A DNA stretch of 62,531 nucleotides, filler included, from Candidatus Babelota bacterium (GCA_017999075.1; 10 parts of 10 records of this genome joined end to end with filler, not necessarily neighbours in it), one strand, 5' to 3'; counted from the whole stretch's first letter, positions 7,645 to 18,374 are shown. Numbers and translations are program-made. Notes: generated by a model not told the origin, from the sequence alone.

Positions 7645-10083
7645 TTAATCTTTTTTGTTTTTTTCTATGTCAAAAATCTGTTTGACAAGCATTGCAGCAG
7701 TGTAAACTGCGCATTTTTTTCGTATCATTGGAACGCTTATATAAGAAACTACAGGATAAGTCCATTCAAGCAAAGCTATTATATAAGGAATTAAATTTGT
7801 TTCAAATAAAGTTACCTTATCTGCATAATATCTCATTCTGCAGATTGTTTTATAAGCTTTGTTCACCATTGGATCAGAACCTGAATAATTGAATTTTATA
7901 TAATCGTCAAACCGTTTAGTTTGAGTGACAGTTTGAATGAATTTTAATAATTCTGTTAAATCCTGCTGATTATCAATTTTTGTCATTTCGAAAAGTACAA
8001 TAGGTTCCAATCTTGCAAAATCAACTGTTATATTGGTTTTTTTGCATTCTGAAAAATCAATTACATAAATATTTTCTTTATCATCAATCAAAATATTTTT
8101 CATATTCAGATCTCCGTGAGTAATTCCTGTATACCAGTGGTAGGCAATTTTTTTACGTTTAGGATATTCATATTTGTAAAAATTGAACGGGTTAGGCAAT
8201 TCTATTCCGAGTTCAGGGCATTGTATGGTTTTTGTTTCTGGAGAAATACCCATTTCTTTTTCAGCATCTCCAAGTATATTTGAAAACAATTTACCTGGAT
8301 CCTGTTCTTCGTAAGGGTGAATTTCTTCCCATTTCGGCTGACCATACCATGGTTTAAGTATGTCAGTAAAAACTCTGTCAAATAATTCGATAATTTTTTC
8401 TGGGTTGTCATCTTTATAAATATTTTCAAGCCATGTGAGTTTTCCTGCACTCCCTGTAATTCCGACAAAATTATAACGTAATCCTGACCATTTTCCGCAA
8501 TTTGCTACGCCCATAATTGTAGTGCTGTTATTTAATATGAATTTTTCAACACATAACTTGTAAGCATCAACCTCTTTTTTTGTCAGTTCTATTGAACCTA
8601 TTTTCATTACAGTAGGAAGAATTTTTCTTCCGTCTTTATCAAAACTGTTGACGCGGAATGTTGCAGAACTGAAACCTCCTTGAAGAGGAGTTATAACTAC
8701 TTTAGAAGAATCATTATAAATTCTTCTGGTTATGAATTCCCATTCTTCGCGAAAATCATAATTTCCTTCTACTTCGATTTTTATTTGTTTTTCTTTGCCT
8801 GGTCTTATTGAACCTGGCGTAAATAACCAAATTTTGCATGAAGTAACAGTTGTAGAAGAATTTAAATGGGAAACATTTTTTAAATATTCCAGATTAGCAA
8901 GATTTTTAATCATTGAATTCAAATCTGATGATTGTTCAATAATATTATCAGGATCACTGTATTCAACAGAATGCGTATGCGCAGAAATATTGTTTTGCGA
9001 TTTATATGATGTTAAATTGTCCAAAAATGATTTTATTGTTTCATTTCCGAATTTATATGAAATATTATCTTTGGCTGCTACTGCAATGGAAAAAATGTTA
9101 TCAGCCCTTTTTTGAATGTCTCCTATTTTTATTACGTTATGTTTTAAATTAATAAGATTGTGTTCTTCGTCAGGACGTCGGTCAATAACTGTCGTTTTAT
9201 TGATGGATATGTCTGATATATTTTTATAAAAAGAACTATTAATTTTATCGATTTTAGCTTGCAATATAATTCCTATCATGCTGTTTTCTGAACCTGTAAG
9301 TTCGTTTGCAATGATAAACATATCGGATAAAATTTCGTCAATAACAGCAGGCTGTCCTTTGTATTCAATTGAAGCGGATGGATTGCCTGAAATTCCGAAT
9401 CCTGATAACACAAACATATTTGCGTCAGACGGATGTTCGGGAATTATAAAATCAGAAATATTGTGATTGTCTGCAGGCACAGTTCCGCAAAATTTTTTTG
9501 CTGATATGAATTCTCCAGTTCCTGCTAAAGCCTGATGTTTGTTTATTCCGAACCCGCCTGTGCCTGCGGCAAATTCAAGTTCTTCAAGATTTACCTGAAC
9601 AAGATTTTCAGACTCAATATTTTTACCTGATTGCTGATTGAAATTCCCCCATATATCTATAAATGATGATTGAGTTCCAAGATTGTTTATTGTATATTTT
9701 TTGTTATTGATTGATTTTTCAATACTTCCTGCTGATGACGCTATGTTTGAAAAAAAATATTTTTTCGCTTCTTCAACTGTGCTGTAAAATGAAAAAATTT
9801 TTGTCATACCTGTCATATCTATTACGTTGATAATATCCAAAGATGCGCCTGATATTAAAACCGAACCTTTTTTTTTATTGCATTCTTTTTGAAGTTTCAA
9901 TAAAGAACGTATTCCTGCGCTTGATAAATATTCAACTTTAGACAAGTCAAGTATTATGCTGTTATAATTTTCATCAATGCTTTTAACTTTTTCATCTATG
10001 ATATTTGCACCATAAGCATCTAATCTTCCGGACAATTTAAATAGGGTTATATTTTTATCTTTTTCAATTATAGAATCAAACAT
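7645..10083 (-). CDS. STAS (anti-sigma antagonist) domain + unknown middle domain + APH/protein-kinase-like phosphotransferase
   Basis: LSGRLDA...DLSKVEYLSSAGIR (STAS); QGGFSS, VMKIG, KKEV, HGDLNMKNILID, VIDF, DFARLE (kinase-like). Confidence 0.8.
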   Translation of the reverse strand: MFDSIIEKDKNITLFKLSGRLDAYGANIIDEKVKSIDENYNSIILDLSKVEYLSSAGIRSLLKLQKECNKKKGSVLISGASLDIINVIDMTGMTKIFSFYSTVEEAKKYFFSNIASSAGSIEKSINNKKYTINNLGTQSSFIDIWGNFNQQSGKNIESENLVQVNLEELEFAAGTGGFGINKHQALAGTGEFISAKKFCGTVPADNHNISDFIIPEHPSDANMFVLSGFGISGNPSASIEYKGQPAVIDEILSDMFIIANELTGSENSMIGIILQAKIDKINSSFYKNISDISINKTTVIDRRPDEEHNLINLKHNVIKIGDIQKRADNIFSIAVAAKDNISYKFGNETIKSFLDNLTSYKSQNNISAHTHSVEYSDPDNIIEQSSDLNSMIKNLANLEYLKNVSHLNSSTTVTSCKIWLFTPGSIRPGKEKQIKIEVEGNYDFREEWEFITRRIYNDSSKVVITPLQGGFSSATFRVNSFDKDGRKILPTVMKIGSIELTKKEVDAYKLCVEKFILNNSTTIMGVANCGKWSGLRYNFVGITGSAGKLTWLENIYKDDNPEKIIELFDRVFTDILKPWYGQPKWEEIHPYEEQDPGKLFSNILGDAEKEMGISPETKTIQCPELGIELPNPFNFYKYEYPKRKKIAYHWYTGITHGDLNMKNILIDDKENIYVIDFSECKKTNITVDFARLEPIVLFEMTKIDNQQDLTELLKFIQTVTQTKRFDDYIKFNYSGSDPMVNKAYKTICRMRYYADKVTLFETNLIPYIIALLEWTYPVVSYISVPMIRKKCAVYTAAMLVKQIFDIEKNKKD

Positions 10084-10106
10084 ATTAAGAACTCTCCTTT
10101 TTAAAA

Positions 10107-12323
10107 TTAATTATTTGATAAATTTTTAAGTATTTGATCCAATCCTTGCATAGGATGACCATGCCATACAATTTTTCCTGTTTTATCAATCACAAAAGAA
10201 TGAGGAATTGCTGATTCTTTGAATTTTTCCATATAGTTATACCATGAGGTTCCTTTATTATCAAGTGCTATTATAATGCCTTTTTTACTTTCGTCAGCCT
10301 CGTTTAAAAAATTTTTAACTGTGTCAATGTCTTCATCTGTTATACCGATTATAACCACATCGTTTTTATATTTTTTTTGAAGTTCTGTAAGATGTGTCAT
10401 ATTTTCAATACACGGAGGACACCAAGTTGCCCAAAAATCCAATACAACTATTCTTTTTCCAATTTCCTCTTCTAATTTTATAGGACTGCCTTTCACCCAT
10501 TCTTTTATATCAATCGGTTCTGAATTTTCGGAAATTATCTGCGGCGAATTTTTTGCTGAAGAATTTTGCATCAGCTGTTCCTGTGCTATTTTTGTTGAAA
10601 TTTGAACTAATGATTTAATAGGCTGTGTAGGAATATTTATGTTGAACCTTGCTTTATTATCTGAAAAAATTAAATTCATGGATACAGGTTCTTCACCTGA
10701 AGCGTCAATTTCAGAATATAGTTTTGAAACGGCATCAGGAGGTTTTGGTCCTTTGGGTATAATTTCTGACATATTGCTGAATATAAATTTGAAAAAATTC
10801 AGCAAATATACTTGAAAAAAACCTGTTGAACCAGCGATTTTTTTTGAATTAATAGAATTTAATAATTTTAAATTATCGATTTTGTCTGTGCGGCTGTCAA
10901 TAATTTTTTTGTAAACCTCGCCATTTTTCAAATCGCCGTAATAGAAAAAACCTGTGTTGTCAATTGTAAACCATGAATATCCGAAATAATTTCCGTACAT
11001 TGCCCTGAATTGTTGAGACATGTCTTTTTGAGCTGAATCATTGGTGGTGGCGAAATTAAACATTTGACCGTAGATTCCGATATTTTTATATTTGTCTGAA
11101 ATAAGATTTTTTTCGATTTCCAATCCCATAGGTTTATAGAAAACATCATATAATTTTTTGTTGTATTCGTTGAAAAAATCAAGGAATATGTCGGTAAACT
11201 GATTTGAATCTTTTAAATCTGAAGCATAGATAATAGACATTTTATTAGATTGATTTTTAAAAACTCCTTCAACAAAATTACCATCAATTAAGGTTATGAT
11301 TTTATCAATGTTTTTTTTTATTTTTTCTTTAATTTCAGTAAATTCATTTTTTTTATCTGTCGCTTTTAATACTTCATCAACAATTTTTGTCCACAAGTAA
11401 TCAGTTATTTTTTTTTGATATTCGGAATTAAAATAACCTCCTGCAGTAAAAAAATATTCTTCGTCAGGAAGTTTTTTTATCAGATCAGAATTGAATTCTT
11501 TTTGTTTGGAAAAAAAATCAGAAAGCATTGAATTTGGTTTTACCGTTACTTCAAAATCGTAAGTTAAATTTAAAGCAGATATCTCCAATGAAAATTCAAT
11601 TTCCGAAATCTGTTCCGCTGGTTTAATAACCAAATCTTTAATTACTTTTAAACCGATTTTTTCAAGCAATTTAGTATCGTTTACTTCGTTTTCTCCGTTG
11701 AAATTTTTATTATTTTCAATTTCGGCTTTTTTGAAAAAAATATCTATATCCGGTTTCCATAATGAATAAATTTTTCTAAAATCAAATTTTGCATAAATAG
11801 TTTTATCTGTTTTATCAGATGAAATTTCATCAATAGAATTCATAGTGTCTTTAAAATTTTCAAAAATATTTTTTGAACAAATTACAGCAATATTGTTTTT
11901 TAATTTATAAAATTTGTAAGCATCAGGCGAAGTGTCAGGATTTGAGTTTAATGGCGATTCGAAATCAGGAGCAGAATAATAAAATAACAGAATATTTGAT
12001 TTTGAGTATAGTTTAGGATTTAAAAATACTATCTTGACAGGCTGACTGTAATCTGCTGAATTTAATCCGAGTTTTTGCTGTAACTGAGCTGATAGTGTCA
12101 TTATTGCAAACTGGCTTACCTGAGGATTTATTTCGTTAAGAAATTCTCCAAGCTGTTTCAATGATTCGCTTAAATCAGGAATATATACTTCGCCTATTTT
12201 TTCATTGATTTTTATAGAAGAACCATCGAAAATATTATCATCAGCTCTAACTGAATAGAAGAGTGTTGAAAAAAATATGATAAGAAAACAACATATAAAT
12301 TTAAACTTGAAATTATAACTCAT
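10107..12323 (-). CDS. Exported protein with large unknown N-terminal domain and C-terminal TlpA-type thioredoxin
   Basis: Signal peptide; VVLDFWATWCPPC, IPHSFVIDKTGKIVWHGHP. Confidence 0.8.
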   Translation of the reverse strand: MSYNFKFKFICCFLIIFFSTLFYSVRADDNIFDGSSIKINEKIGEVYIPDLSESLKQLGEFLNEINPQVSQFAIMTLSAQLQQKLGLNSADYSQPVKIVFLNPKLYSKSNILLFYYSAPDFESPLNSNPDTSPDAYKFYKLKNNIAVICSKNIFENFKDTMNSIDEISSDKTDKTIYAKFDFRKIYSLWKPDIDIFFKKAEIENNKNFNGENEVNDTKLLEKIGLKVIKDLVIKPAEQISEIEFSLEISALNLTYDFEVTVKPNSMLSDFFSKQKEFNSDLIKKLPDEEYFFTAGGYFNSEYQKKITDYLWTKIVDEVLKATDKKNEFTEIKEKIKKNIDKIITLIDGNFVEGVFKNQSNKMSIIYASDLKDSNQFTDIFLDFFNEYNKKLYDVFYKPMGLEIEKNLISDKYKNIGIYGQMFNFATTNDSAQKDMSQQFRAMYGNYFGYSWFTIDNTGFFYYGDLKNGEVYKKIIDSRTDKIDNLKLLNSINSKKIAGSTGFFQVYLLNFFKFIFSNMSEIIPKGPKPPDAVSKLYSEIDASGEEPVSMNLIFSDNKARFNINIPTQPIKSLVQISTKIAQEQLMQNSSAKNSPQIISENSEPIDIKEWVKGSPIKLEEEIGKRIVVLDFWATWCPPCIENMTHLTELQKKYKNDVVIIGITDEDIDTVKNFLNEADESKKGIIIALDNKGTSWYNYMEKFKESAIPHSFVIDKTGKIVWHGHPMQGLDQILKNLSNN

Positions 12324-12413
12324 TAGTTTCCTCCGTTGAATTGACTTGTTGTAATATTTTATTTTGTAAAAACGAAAAATTCAAATATAATCTTATTTTA
12401 TACTAATAATTAT

Positions 12414-12505
12414 TTATAATTTTGAATTACCGGGTTCGATATGAATCAGTACATCGTATATATTTTCAATGTTTTTCATAATGTCAGATTTCAATTGAGT
12501 AGCTA
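12414..12505 (-). CDS. Cation diffusion facilitator (FieF-like) C-terminal fragment
   Basis: Hand translation ATQLKSDIMKNIENIYDVLIHIEPGNSKL*; DVxIHIEP is the CDF dimerisation-domain terminus. Confidence 0.65.
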
Positions 12506-12605
12506 NNNNNNNNNNNNNNNNNNNNNNNNNNNNNNNNNNNNNNNNNNNNTTAATTAATTAANNNNNNNNNNNNNNNNNNNNNNNNNNNNNNNNNNNNNNN
12601 NNNNN

Positions 12606-13586
12606 GAACTTAAAGGATATAATGTAATAGGTTTTAATTCCGGAGAAAAAACCATTGAATATTTAGGAGGATTAATTTCAGGTTATCCGGAATTGATAAT
12701 AACTGATTACAAGTTAGCAAGCAAAAACGGATTGGAATTGTTAAATGAAATAAAAAACAGGTTTGGAGATCAGATACACATAATTATTATGACAGGTTAC
12801 GGAGACAAATCACTTGTAATCGACAGTTTCAGGCAAGGTGCGGATGATTTTCTTGATAAACCTGTGAGCATAAACAATATTCTGGAAAGCATATCAAAAA
12901 TAGAAAAAAAGAACAAAAACATTTTATCTAAAACAAGGATTGAAGATTATTTTTCAGAAGTATCACACGAACTCAGAAACAGGCTGACAGGAATAATTAC
13001 GCATTTTGATAATTTAGAATCAAAAAACCATGCTGAAAACCTTGATTTCATTAAAAACGAAGTTTATAACCTTGATGATATGATAAAAAATATTCTTGAC
13101 ATAGGTAATCTGGAAACCGACAGAATCAAGCTCAACTTTTCAAAAGTATCAATCAGAGAATTATTGGAATATTCAGTAAATCTTCTTACTCCGAACGCAA
13201 AGAATAAAGGAATCAAATTTGAAACATCTATTAACGATTGCATCATTTCTATAGATAAAGAAAAAATGCTTCAAGTACTCATAAATTTAATTTTGAACGC
13301 TATATATTATTCAAATGAAAATTCAGTTATTTCAATAAGAACTTTTGTATCTACATCCGAAATACAAATTGATATTGCTGACCAGAATGAAAAAATACCT
13401 GTTGAATACAGAGAAAAAATTTTCGAAAAAAAGTTCAGGTTATCGGAAAACACTAAAGGTTACGGAATCGGGTTATATATTGTAAAAAAAATCGTCAATG
13501 CTCATAGCGGTTCAATAAATGTTGTTAATAATGAAGATACCGGGAATATTTTCAGAATAAAATTTAATTTGTCAGATAAAAATTAA
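12606..13586 (+). CDS. Hybrid receiver-histidine kinase (REC-HisKA-HATPase), 5'-truncated
   Basis: LIITDYKL, IMTGYG, FLDKP; SHELRNRL (H box); NLILNAIYY (N box); GYGIGL (G2). G1 box is atypical. Confidence 0.85.
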   Translation, partial: ELKGYNVIGFNSGEKTIEYLGGLISGYPELIITDYKLASKNGLELLNEIKNRFGDQIHIIIMTGYGDKSLVIDSFRQGADDFLDKPVSINNILESISKIEKKNKNILSKTRIEDYFSEVSHELRNRLTGIITHFDNLESKNHAENLDFIKNEVYNLDDMIKNILDIGNLETDRIKLNFSKVSIRELLEYSVNLLTPNAKNKGIKFETSINDCIISIDKEKMLQVLINLILNAIYYSNENSVISIRTFVSTSEIQIDIADQNEKIPVEYREKIFEKKFRLSENTKGYGIGLYIVKKIVNAHSGSINVVNNEDTGNIFRIKFNLSDKN

Positions 13587-13635
13587 TGATAACGATTAAG
13601 AAATTCAATATTAAATTTAATCAGGAAATAACAGT

Positions 13636-14454
13636 ATGGTGGTAAAACTTATGAACTTTAGTATTGAATTAAATGATTCTGATTTTACATATTTCAGAAA
13701 TTTAGTTTATGATATATGCGGAATATGTATTTCAGCAGACAAAAAAGAAATGCTCAAATGCAGGATCAACAAACGGCTTAAAGATTTAAATCTTGAGTCT
13801 TATAAGGAATACAAAAATTATATAAAAAACAACAGCGAAGAAATTACAAATTTCATAAATGCAGTCAGCACTAATAAAACAGATTTTTTCAGGGAAAAAA
13901 ATCATTTTGATTTTTTAAGCGAGCACATAAAAAAAAATATAAATAAAATGAAAGATCTTTATATTTGGAGCGCAGCCTGTTCTACAGGCGAAGAACCTTA
14001 TTCAATAGCTATGACTTTAAATGAAGAATTATATGACAACCCTAATGTCAATTCTCTAATACTTGCTACTGACATAGACACAAATGTATTGGCAAAAGCA
14101 TATAAAGGTTCATATAAGCACGACCAGATTCAAGGAATTCCGAGACATCTGCTTTTAAAATATTTTGAGAAATCAGGAGATTCGTATAACATAAAAAAAA
14201 ATCTGCGCGAAGTTTTAAGGTTCAAACATCTTAATCTTATCGAACCGTTTCCATTCAATAAAAAATTTGATTTCATATTCTGCAGAAATGTAATGATATA
14301 TTTCGACTCAAAAACTCAGCAGGAACTTGTTAACAAATTTTACAATATGATTAAACCAGGCGGTTATTTGTTTATTGGACATTCCGAATCACTGACAAGA
14401 CTGAACATTAAATTTAAATATATAAAACCTGCAGTTTACCAAAAAGCGGAGTGA
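13636..14454 (+). CDS. cheR: Chemotaxis methyltransferase CheR
   Basis: STNKTDFFRE, WSAACSTGEEPYS, ATDID, IFCRNVMIYF, IGHSE. Confidence 0.96.
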   Translation: MVVKLMNFSIELNDSDFTYFRNLVYDICGICISADKKEMLKCRINKRLKDLNLESYKEYKNYIKNNSEEITNFINAVSTNKTDFFREKNHFDFLSEHIKKNINKMKDLYIWSAACSTGEEPYSIAMTLNEELYDNPNVNSLILATDIDTNVLAKAYKGSYKHDQIQGIPRHLLLKYFEKSGDSYNIKKNLREVLRFKHLNLIEPFPFNKKFDFIFCRNVMIYFDSKTQQELVNKFYNMIKPGGYLFIGHSESLTRLNIKFKYIKPAVYQKAE

Positions 14455-14459
14455 TTAAT

Positions 14460-14831
14460 ATGGAAAAGAAAAAAAATGTTTTGCTTGTTGACAATGATAA
14501 ACCTATAACTGAAATGCTTAAAATCCGTCTTGAAAATATGAATTTCAACATTGTAGAAGCAGGCGACGGATTGGCAGCCATATCAGAAATACGCAAAAAC
14601 ATTTTTTCACTCGTTATTCTTGATCTTGATATGCCTGGACTTAATGGTATGGATGTGCTGCGAATTATCAAAAGCGACAGTAAATTAGAATCTGTTAAAG
14701 TTATAATTCTTAGCGGAGTTCTGGATGAAGACATAAAAAAAACAGCGTTTGAACTCGGATGCAGCGCTTTTATATCAAAACCGTTCAGAGCATCTCAAAT
14801 AATCGAAAAAATAAATGAAATATTAAAGTGA
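14460..14831 (+). CDS. Single-domain CheY-like response regulator
   Basis: LLVDND, ILDLDMPGLNG, ILSG, SKPF; ATG 14460 follows GGAG. Confidence 0.85.
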   Translation: MEKKKNVLLVDNDKPITEMLKIRLENMNFNIVEAGDGLAAISEIRKNIFSLVILDLDMPGLNGMDVLRIIKSDSKLESVKVIILSGVLDEDIKKTAFELGCSAFISKPFRASQIIEKINEILK

Positions 14832-14904
14832 ATCATATTGTGAACGCTCTCCGGATTAAAAATTGGAGAGAGGTTCTTCTGAAAAATCTGGAAGGATTAT
14901 TTAA

Positions 14905-15957
14905 ATGAACAAAGTCAAAGTATTGATTGTAGATGATTCAGCTGTAGTGCGGAATATTTTAGCATCAAATCTCAAGCCATACAATGATATAGAAGTTGTA
15001 GGCACAGCGTCAAATCCGTATGAAGCAAGGGATATGATAGTCAGTTTGAAACCTGATGTTATTACTCTTGATATTGAAATGCCGCGTATGAACGGTCTGG
15101 AATTTATTTCCGTGCTAATGAAAAGTTTTCCGCTGCCGATTATAGTAATAAGTTCGTTAGTCAGCGGGAAATGCGAAACAAGTCTGCTTGCATTAGAACT
15201 TGGCGCAGTAGATATTTTCGCTAAACCTACTGCGGACGTTTCAAGAAAACTTCCGTTAATAATAAACGAACTTCACGACAAAATAATTTCAGTTTCAACT
15301 GCTAAAATATTCAAAAAACAGGAAAAAACATTTGTTCCTGATGAAAAAAAAATAAGTCTTTCAAATCTTTCAAATATAAATGCCACTGAAAAAATTATTG
15401 CTATCGGAGCTTCTACTGGCGGTACAGAAGCTATAAAAAGAGTGCTTGAACAATTGCCTCCAAATATGCCTCCGATAATAATGACCCAGCATATGCCTGC
15501 AGGTTTTACAAACTCATTTGCAAAACGCTTAAACGATATCTGCAAAAACCTTGAAGTGCGCGAAGCTGCGGATAATGATAAACTTTATCAGGGACTGGCG
15601 TTATTAGCTCCAGGCAATTACCATCTTCTTCTTGCGCGAGACGGAGCAAAATATAAAGTTTTAGTTAAAGACGGTCCTAAAGTGTGTCATCAGCGTCCAG
15701 CGGTTGACGTTATGTTTTTATCTGCCGCAGAAGTTGCAGGTAAGAATGCTGTGGGTGTAATATTAACAGGTATGGGATCTGACGGAGCAGCAGGATTGCT
15801 GGCTATGAAAAACAAGGGAGCCAAAACTATTTCTCAAAGCGAAAAAACATGTGTGGTTTACGGTATGCCGCGCGAAGCTGTTTTAAAAGGAGCGGCAGAT
15901 TTTATTGAAGACCTGGATGCAATACCTAACAGAATTATTCGTTTGTTAAATAATTGA
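14905..15957 (+). CDS. cheB: Chemotaxis methylesterase CheB
   Basis: REC domain plus GASTGG, TQHMP, GMGSDGA. Confidence 0.97.
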   Translation: MNKVKVLIVDDSAVVRNILASNLKPYNDIEVVGTASNPYEARDMIVSLKPDVITLDIEMPRMNGLEFISVLMKSFPLPIIVISSLVSGKCETSLLALELGAVDIFAKPTADVSRKLPLIINELHDKIISVSTAKIFKKQEKTFVPDEKKISLSNLSNINATEKIIAIGASTGGTEAIKRVLEQLPPNMPPIIMTQHMPAGFTNSFAKRLNDICKNLEVREAADNDKLYQGLALLAPGNYHLLLARDGAKYKVLVKDGPKVCHQRPAVDVMFLSAAEVAGKNAVGVILTGMGSDGAAGLLAMKNKGAKTISQSEKTCVVYGMPREAVLKGAADFIEDLDAIPNRIIRLLNN

Positions 15958-16000
15958 AACCTGTAAATTACAGAATTTCAATTTATTCCGAGGATAAATT

Positions 16001-18331
16001 ATGAAAAATAAAATTATATCTGATGAAATAATAAAAAATATTAAAAACGAAACTGACAGTATCAGAAATACTCTGAACCTGACGTTCGTAATGAATGATT
16101 TAACATCTCAAGAATTAAAAGTGATGTGCGAAATCAGTCTTCAATCAGAACAAATTTCAGAAGTATTCAAAAAATATGATATTACCATTTTAGAACGCGG
16201 ATTCAAGTCAATAGATAAAATGATTAATGCAAATATGTTTGGAGACATACAGTATTCTATTGCATTATCTTATGTTCTTAATATTCATGAAATGCTTGAA
16301 GAAGCGTTGGAAATATTCTATGCTTCCGGAACAATCCCGGATGACAATATCAATCAGATCAACAAATTCATTACAATGATTGATAACTTTGAAAAAAATA
16401 AAACCAGCGAAGAAAAAGAATATTCAGATGAATATGAAGATATAGAATTAGCTCCGAGTGATTTAGCCAGGCCGGATCAAAAAAAACCTGAAATACAAGA
16501 ATCCCAACTGGAAAACATTGATGATTTAGACGGGAAATATGAATATTTAACTGTCGAAAATATCGAGTTCATCAATGATTTTATATGTGAAACAGATGAA
16601 ATGCTTCAATCAGGAGAACAGCAATTCCTGATTCTTGAAAATCAGCCTGACAATGCAGAAGCAATAAATACTGTTTTCAGAAATATACATTCAATAAAAG
16701 GATCCGCAGGATTTATGGGGCTTAAAGAAATATCGAAACTTTCTCATACTATGGAAAATATTCTTGATAAATGCAGAAATAATGAACTTAAAATAAACGA
16801 ATCGATTATCAGCGTCCTTCTGCAGTCTCTTGATTTCTTAAAACTGCTGCTAAAAAATTTACAGTTAAGAGTAAAAATTCTCCACAATCAGGAAACCAAT
16901 TCAGAGTTGCCCGTTATCAGTATATCTGACATTATAAAAAAACTGCATGCAATCCTTCACAATAAACAAATTCCTNNNNNNNNNNNNNNNNNNNNNNNNN
17001 NNNNNNNNNNNNNNNNNNNTCTGGATACTGAAAATAAACCCGAATCAAACAAAGAATCGTCAGATAACACTGATTCCGCGTCATTATCAACTGTAAAACA
17101 GGAAAATACAGAACAATCAGCAAAGGTTTCAAGCGTTCAGATGCCTTCACAGGATTTTCAAACAGACGCTATAAGGGTTCCTATAAAAAAAATAGATAAT
17201 GTTTCAGAAATGATAGGCGAACTTATGATTTCGTTATCATTATTAAAACAATCAGAAGAAATTCAAAAAATAAAAAATTCCGACACTCTTTTAAAACTCA
17301 ACAGCATAGAACTTATAACAGATATGCTTCAGTCAAACATACTTAAAATGCGTATGTTTCCGATAAAATCAGTATATGATAAACTTAACAGGCAGATACG
17401 CGATTTGATACAAAAATCAGGAAAAAAAGCAAGATTCGTTACAAAAGGCGAACGTACTGAAGTCGATAAAACTGTTATTGACCAGATATACGCTCCGCTC
17501 ACTCACGCAATAAGAAACTCTATGGATCACGGAATAGAATCTCCTGAAATACGAATCTCAAAAAATAAATGCGAAGAAGGCACTATTCAGCTCAGCGCTG
17601 AAAACCGCGGAGATAATATTGTAATTGAAATATCAGATGACGGCGCAGGATTAAACAAAAAACGAATACTTGAAAAAGCAATAGCCAACAAAATAATCAA
17701 TCCCAATGATATTCCGTCAGACAAACAGATTTATGATTTTATTTTTCATCCGGGATTTTCCACTGCAGAACAAATCACTGAAATTTCAGGACGCGGAGTT
17801 GGAATGGACGTAGTAAAAAAAACCGTGATTAACCTCGGAGGAAGAATTGATATTGAAACAGAAAAAGATAAAGGTACAAAATTCATTATTATTCTGCCTC
17901 TGTCAGCGTCTATAATTGACGGAATAATTGTGAGCGTTGGCAAAAGTAAATTTATATTTCCTATACTAAAAATCAAACATACTTTAACTCCGGAAAAAGA
18001 TTCAATTAAAACTGTTTACGGAAATAATGGTGAATTTATTGTTTTTGACAATAATACAGTGCCCTTATTAACCCTCGGTAAATTCTATGGTCTTGATTAT
18101 AAAATAAAAAATCCGAAAGATTCTATAGTTTTAATTGTTGAGTATGACAACAAAAGTTTTGGTATTATGGTCGATGAAATACTTTACCGTCAAAAAGTTG
18201 TAACTAAAAGTCTTAACGACGATTTAAAAAATATATGCGGAGTTAAAACCGCTACTGTTTTAGGCGACGGCAGCGTAGGAATGATTCTGGAACCTGAAGA
18301 AATAATTAAAGAGTTTTTAAAAATGAAATAA
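16001..18331 (+). CDS. cheA: Chemotaxis kinase CheA (45-N gap at 16976-17020)
   Basis: Hpt FRNIHSIKGSAG; HAIRNSMDHGIE, DDGAGL, PGFSTA, SGRGVGMDVV; CheW-like C-terminus. Confidence 0.96.
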   Translation: MKNKIISDEIIKNIKNETDSIRNTLNLTFVMNDLTSQELKVMCEISLQSEQISEVFKKYDITILERGFKSIDKMINANMFGDIQYSIALSYVLNIHEMLEEALEIFYASGTIPDDNINQINKFITMIDNFEKNKTSEEKEYSDEYEDIELAPSDLARPDQKKPEIQESQLENIDDLDGKYEYLTVENIEFINDFICETDEMLQSGEQQFLILENQPDNAEAINTVFRNIHSIKGSAGFMGLKEISKLSHTMENILDKCRNNELKINESIISVLLQSLDFLKLLLKNLQLRVKILHNQETNSELPVISISDIIKKLHAILHNKQIPXXXXXXXXXXXXXXXLDTENKPESNKESSDNTDSASLSTVKQENTEQSAKVSSVQMPSQDFQTDAIRVPIKKIDNVSEMIGELMISLSLLKQSEEIQKIKNSDTLLKLNSIELITDMLQSNILKMRMFPIKSVYDKLNRQIRDLIQKSGKKARFVTKGERTEVDKTVIDQIYAPLTHAIRNSMDHGIESPEIRISKNKCEEGTIQLSAENRGDNIVIEISDDGAGLNKKRILEKAIANKIINPNDIPSDKQIYDFIFHPGFSTAEQITEISGRGVGMDVVKKTVINLGGRIDIETEKDKGTKFIIILPLSASIIDGIIVSVGKSKFIFPILKIKHTLTPEKDSIKTVYGNNGEFIVFDNNTVPLLTLGKFYGLDYKIKNPKDSIVLIVEYDNKSFGIMVDEILYRQKVVTKSLNDDLKNICGVKTATVLGDGSVGMILEPEEIIKEFLKMK

Positions 18332-18374
18332 TAATTGTGTTTTGCAATTTTTAATCTTGGAGGTGTATCAGTTT

